This document shows, piece after piece, positions 61,485 through 64,000 of a stretch of DNA of 64,000 bases (position 1 is the first letter of the stretch; every line of letters starts with the position of its first letter). The notes under the pieces were generated by a model that saw nothing but the letters and a program-made list of their open reading frames with translations, did not search any database and had not been told where the DNA came from. Both the position numbers and the translations under genes were made by a program. The stretch comes from Podarcis cretensis (lineage: Eukaryota), in contig OX638149.1 in the NCBI GenBank assembly GCA_951804945.1, forward strand, positions 80,290,001 to 80,354,000, read 5' to 3'.

Positions 61485-62032
61485 GTAAAAAGTCCATACT
61501 TTGTGAAAATTTCCTTCATTTTTGGGGTGAGCTCTATTAACAGGTGTGAAAGTATTTCCCTGTTCAAAGTGAAAGCAATACTTCTTGCCCTCTCTCTGCA
61601 TTTGTTCCGCAGGAATCATCATCAGATTGGCAATATTGCCTTTTCAGAAAAAAGGGCAGGAAACACTGTCCTCTCTCTGAAGTGGCATGGCTACAATGCT
61701 ACATTGTGATTTTGTGACATCATTATGCTGTCATATTGAGTACTTGAGACCCATTTGGCTGGGATAACATGGCTAGGAAGAAGCTGAGTAAGAGAGGATT
61801 TCAAGTGTGTTTCTGTCCCACATGCTACTTTCATTGTAAAAATGTTTGCTCGTTAAGATTAAACACAGCTCTAATCTGCATCCTCGGAAACAAATGAGTA
61901 ACAACTGTCTGGTTTTTTAGAACAAAGGTCATATGAAAAGGCTGTACAGATGAATAAGCTTGGGTCATGGGCATAGCTAGGGAGGCAGCTGCCCCCCTGC
62001 AATCAAGTAAATATCATAAATAAAAATACTTT

Positions 62033-62077
62033 CCGCTGGAACTGGTCTGTGACCGAAATAATAAAATTCATTCATTC
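62033..62077 (+). mobile_element. 45-bp non-LTR 3' terminus with (ATTC)n tail
   Basis: ggtctgtgaccgaaataataaaattcattcattc flanked by 9-bp TSD AAATACTTT (62024-62032 and 62078-62086). Confidence 0.65.
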
Positions 62078-63499
62078 AAATACTTTACTCACTGATCAAT
62101 TGCATCACAGATAACTCGGTTCTGCTCCCCCTAACATAAAGCCTCCCCCCTCCCTAAAATCATGGCTTGGGTGCCTTAGCCAGGGTTAGACAGCAGGGAA
62201 TAAAGCTGCCTTGACTCATTCCCAAATTGTTATGTCAGTTTTCTTTTTTACAAAATGTGTTTGGCCAGGTTTAATGCTTCCTGCTGTTTTGCAGTACCTC
62301 TCAGTGTATGGTGTGAAATGAACCTTTGATGTGTGCAAACTACTGGGGTGCACTTGGTTGCTTTCTTCCACACCAGAGGCAGTACCCATGAACCCCATGT
62401 GCTGTGTCCAAAACAATAAGGGGAGGCTGCTGCCTGGTGCCTTTGTGCCCTGCTTGAACGCTTCCTCCTTAGAGGCATCTGACTGGCCAATAGTTGGAAA
62501 CAGAATATTGGACTACAAGGACTTTTAATCCAATCCTGCCGAGCTCTTCTTAGGTTTGTTTCCGCCACCAGCCTGCCTCTTGGTTGAATGCCCTCCTTTC
62601 TGACCCTGACCAGATAAACAAGTTTGTTTTTATGCATGCAGTCTGCTGTCTTCCTGCTTCAGTCATGTTGACGAGGCAGACACTCTGTGCTATTTTTGGA
62701 CTCTTGTGGCATTTCTGGTTTGGACCCAGCCTATGGCAAGTGATGCCTTTGGCCTTGCATTTCCTACGGCCACATCATGCCGCTGTTATATCATGCTGTG
62801 GTTTCATTTCAATTAAAAGGCTTGTTGCATTGTGGAACAGGAAGAGGGCAGGGACCTCTCTCCCTCTCTCTCTCATCACCACCATCACTAACATATGCAA
62901 ATGATTTGTTTCATCACACAGTGTGCAACATTGATCATGGCTGGGGGAGGGGGGGGAGATCTGTTATCTCTGATACCTCACAGAATCTGAAACGCCAGTC
63001 CCCATGTAAATATGTAAACATGCACGAGCACTTAGGAAATCTGTGAAGACTACTTATCCTTTGATAATTGTTCCACCTTGGAAATAATTGTCTTCAAAAG
63101 ACGGTTTGTGCTTTTCTAGGTGCTCATCGCTAGAGGAAGCCAAATCCTACTCACGTCTTATTTCTTCTCCTCCTATTTCTTCTTGGTTCTCTCCCTGACC
63201 AGAGAGAACCACACTGCTCCTTTCTCCATGAGCTCTCCCCTCTCTCCCTGCTTTTTATATGCTCCTTCCCAGCCAAGCCTGCTTCCTACACTCCAGTTCT
63301 TTATACTCACTTTGTCCTCAAAACCTGGGTTTGCATCTAGACATGGTGGGCCACGCTGTGTTTTGTGTGAGGGAGGGGAAATTAAGCTATGGCAATTGGG
63401 AAAACAAGTCAAGCCTTTCTCATGCACGAGGATCCGACCCAATGCCATATCTGCCACCCGAGTCGGCCCCTTTCTGCTGACTCACAGCCAAACCACTTA

Positions 63500-63725
63500 C
63501 AGTGGTACCTTGGGTTAAGTATTTAATTTGTTCCGGAGGTCCGTACTTAACGTGAAACTGTTCTTAACCTGAAGCACCACTTTAGCTAATGGGGCCTCCT
63601 GCTGCCACCGTGCCACCAGAGCACGATTTCTGTTCTCATCCTGAAGCAAAGTTCTTAACCTGAAGCACTATTTCTGGGTTAGCGGAGTTTGTAACCTGAA
63701 GCGTATGTAACCCGAGGTACCACCG
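63500..63725 (+). mobile_element. Tc1/Mariner MITE, copy 3
   Basis: Same family as 18216-18441; TA flanks, TIRs with single substitutions. Confidence 0.9.
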
Positions 63726-64000
63726 TACATTGTAAATGTCCAGCTACCAAGCCTTGTTGCCCAGTGGCAAAAATGCACTCCATTGGGTCTTTGCAGGGCC
63801 TCATGATCAAAAATGATGCCAGGCTTCCGAATCCCTCAGCCCCCAAGTCCTTGCACCTTCTGCTGCATGGCCCTCTTCATATTCTTCCATGTGGGCTCAA
63901 TAACACCTCTCCAGCTCTGCCTTTCTAGAAGCTTTGAGCACAGGACGGTGGTGCGCTGTGTGCAGAACCTCAAGATCCTCCCCTTTCTGGATAAGTGGTG

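Noticed and set aside
63925-64000. Possible exon at the right edge (ctttctAG then SFEHRTVVRCVQNLKILPFLDKW)
   Set aside because: Too short, cut by the window end, and not recognised.

Overview
Vertebrate genomic DNA from a squamate, most likely a lacertid lizard (inferred from the Sauria SINE, BovB, L2 and hAT/Mariner MITE content). The left 13 kb holds the 5' end of KMT5B (SUV420H1) on the minus strand: a CpG-island promoter with a non-coding first exon (~11.9-12.1 kb), the start-codon exon (3041-3276) and the next coding exon (499-646); the gene continues off the left edge. The other ~51 kb has no recognisable host exon and is transposon-rich: a rearranged Copia cluster (24.1-26.2 kb), an internally deleted Gypsy element that keeps only an open integrase ORF (49.6-51.9 kb), a 5'-truncated BovB LINE with an open RT frame (57.6-60.3 kb), solo LTRs, SINEs, L1/L2/CR1 ends and many MITEs. 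The most unusual signal is in the Copia cluster: 31 nt of initiator tRNA-Met (nt 9-39) joined directly to an LTR U5 end, which looks like a fossilised half-tRNA-primed reverse-transcription intermediate. Also notable: a tRNA-like motif in both U5 copies, a 26-nt U2 snRNA insert inside a hAT element, an overlapping uORF at the KMT5B start, and several closely spaced inverted repeat pairs. All reference comparisons (KMT5B, tRNA-iMet, U2, repeat families) are from memory, not database searches.
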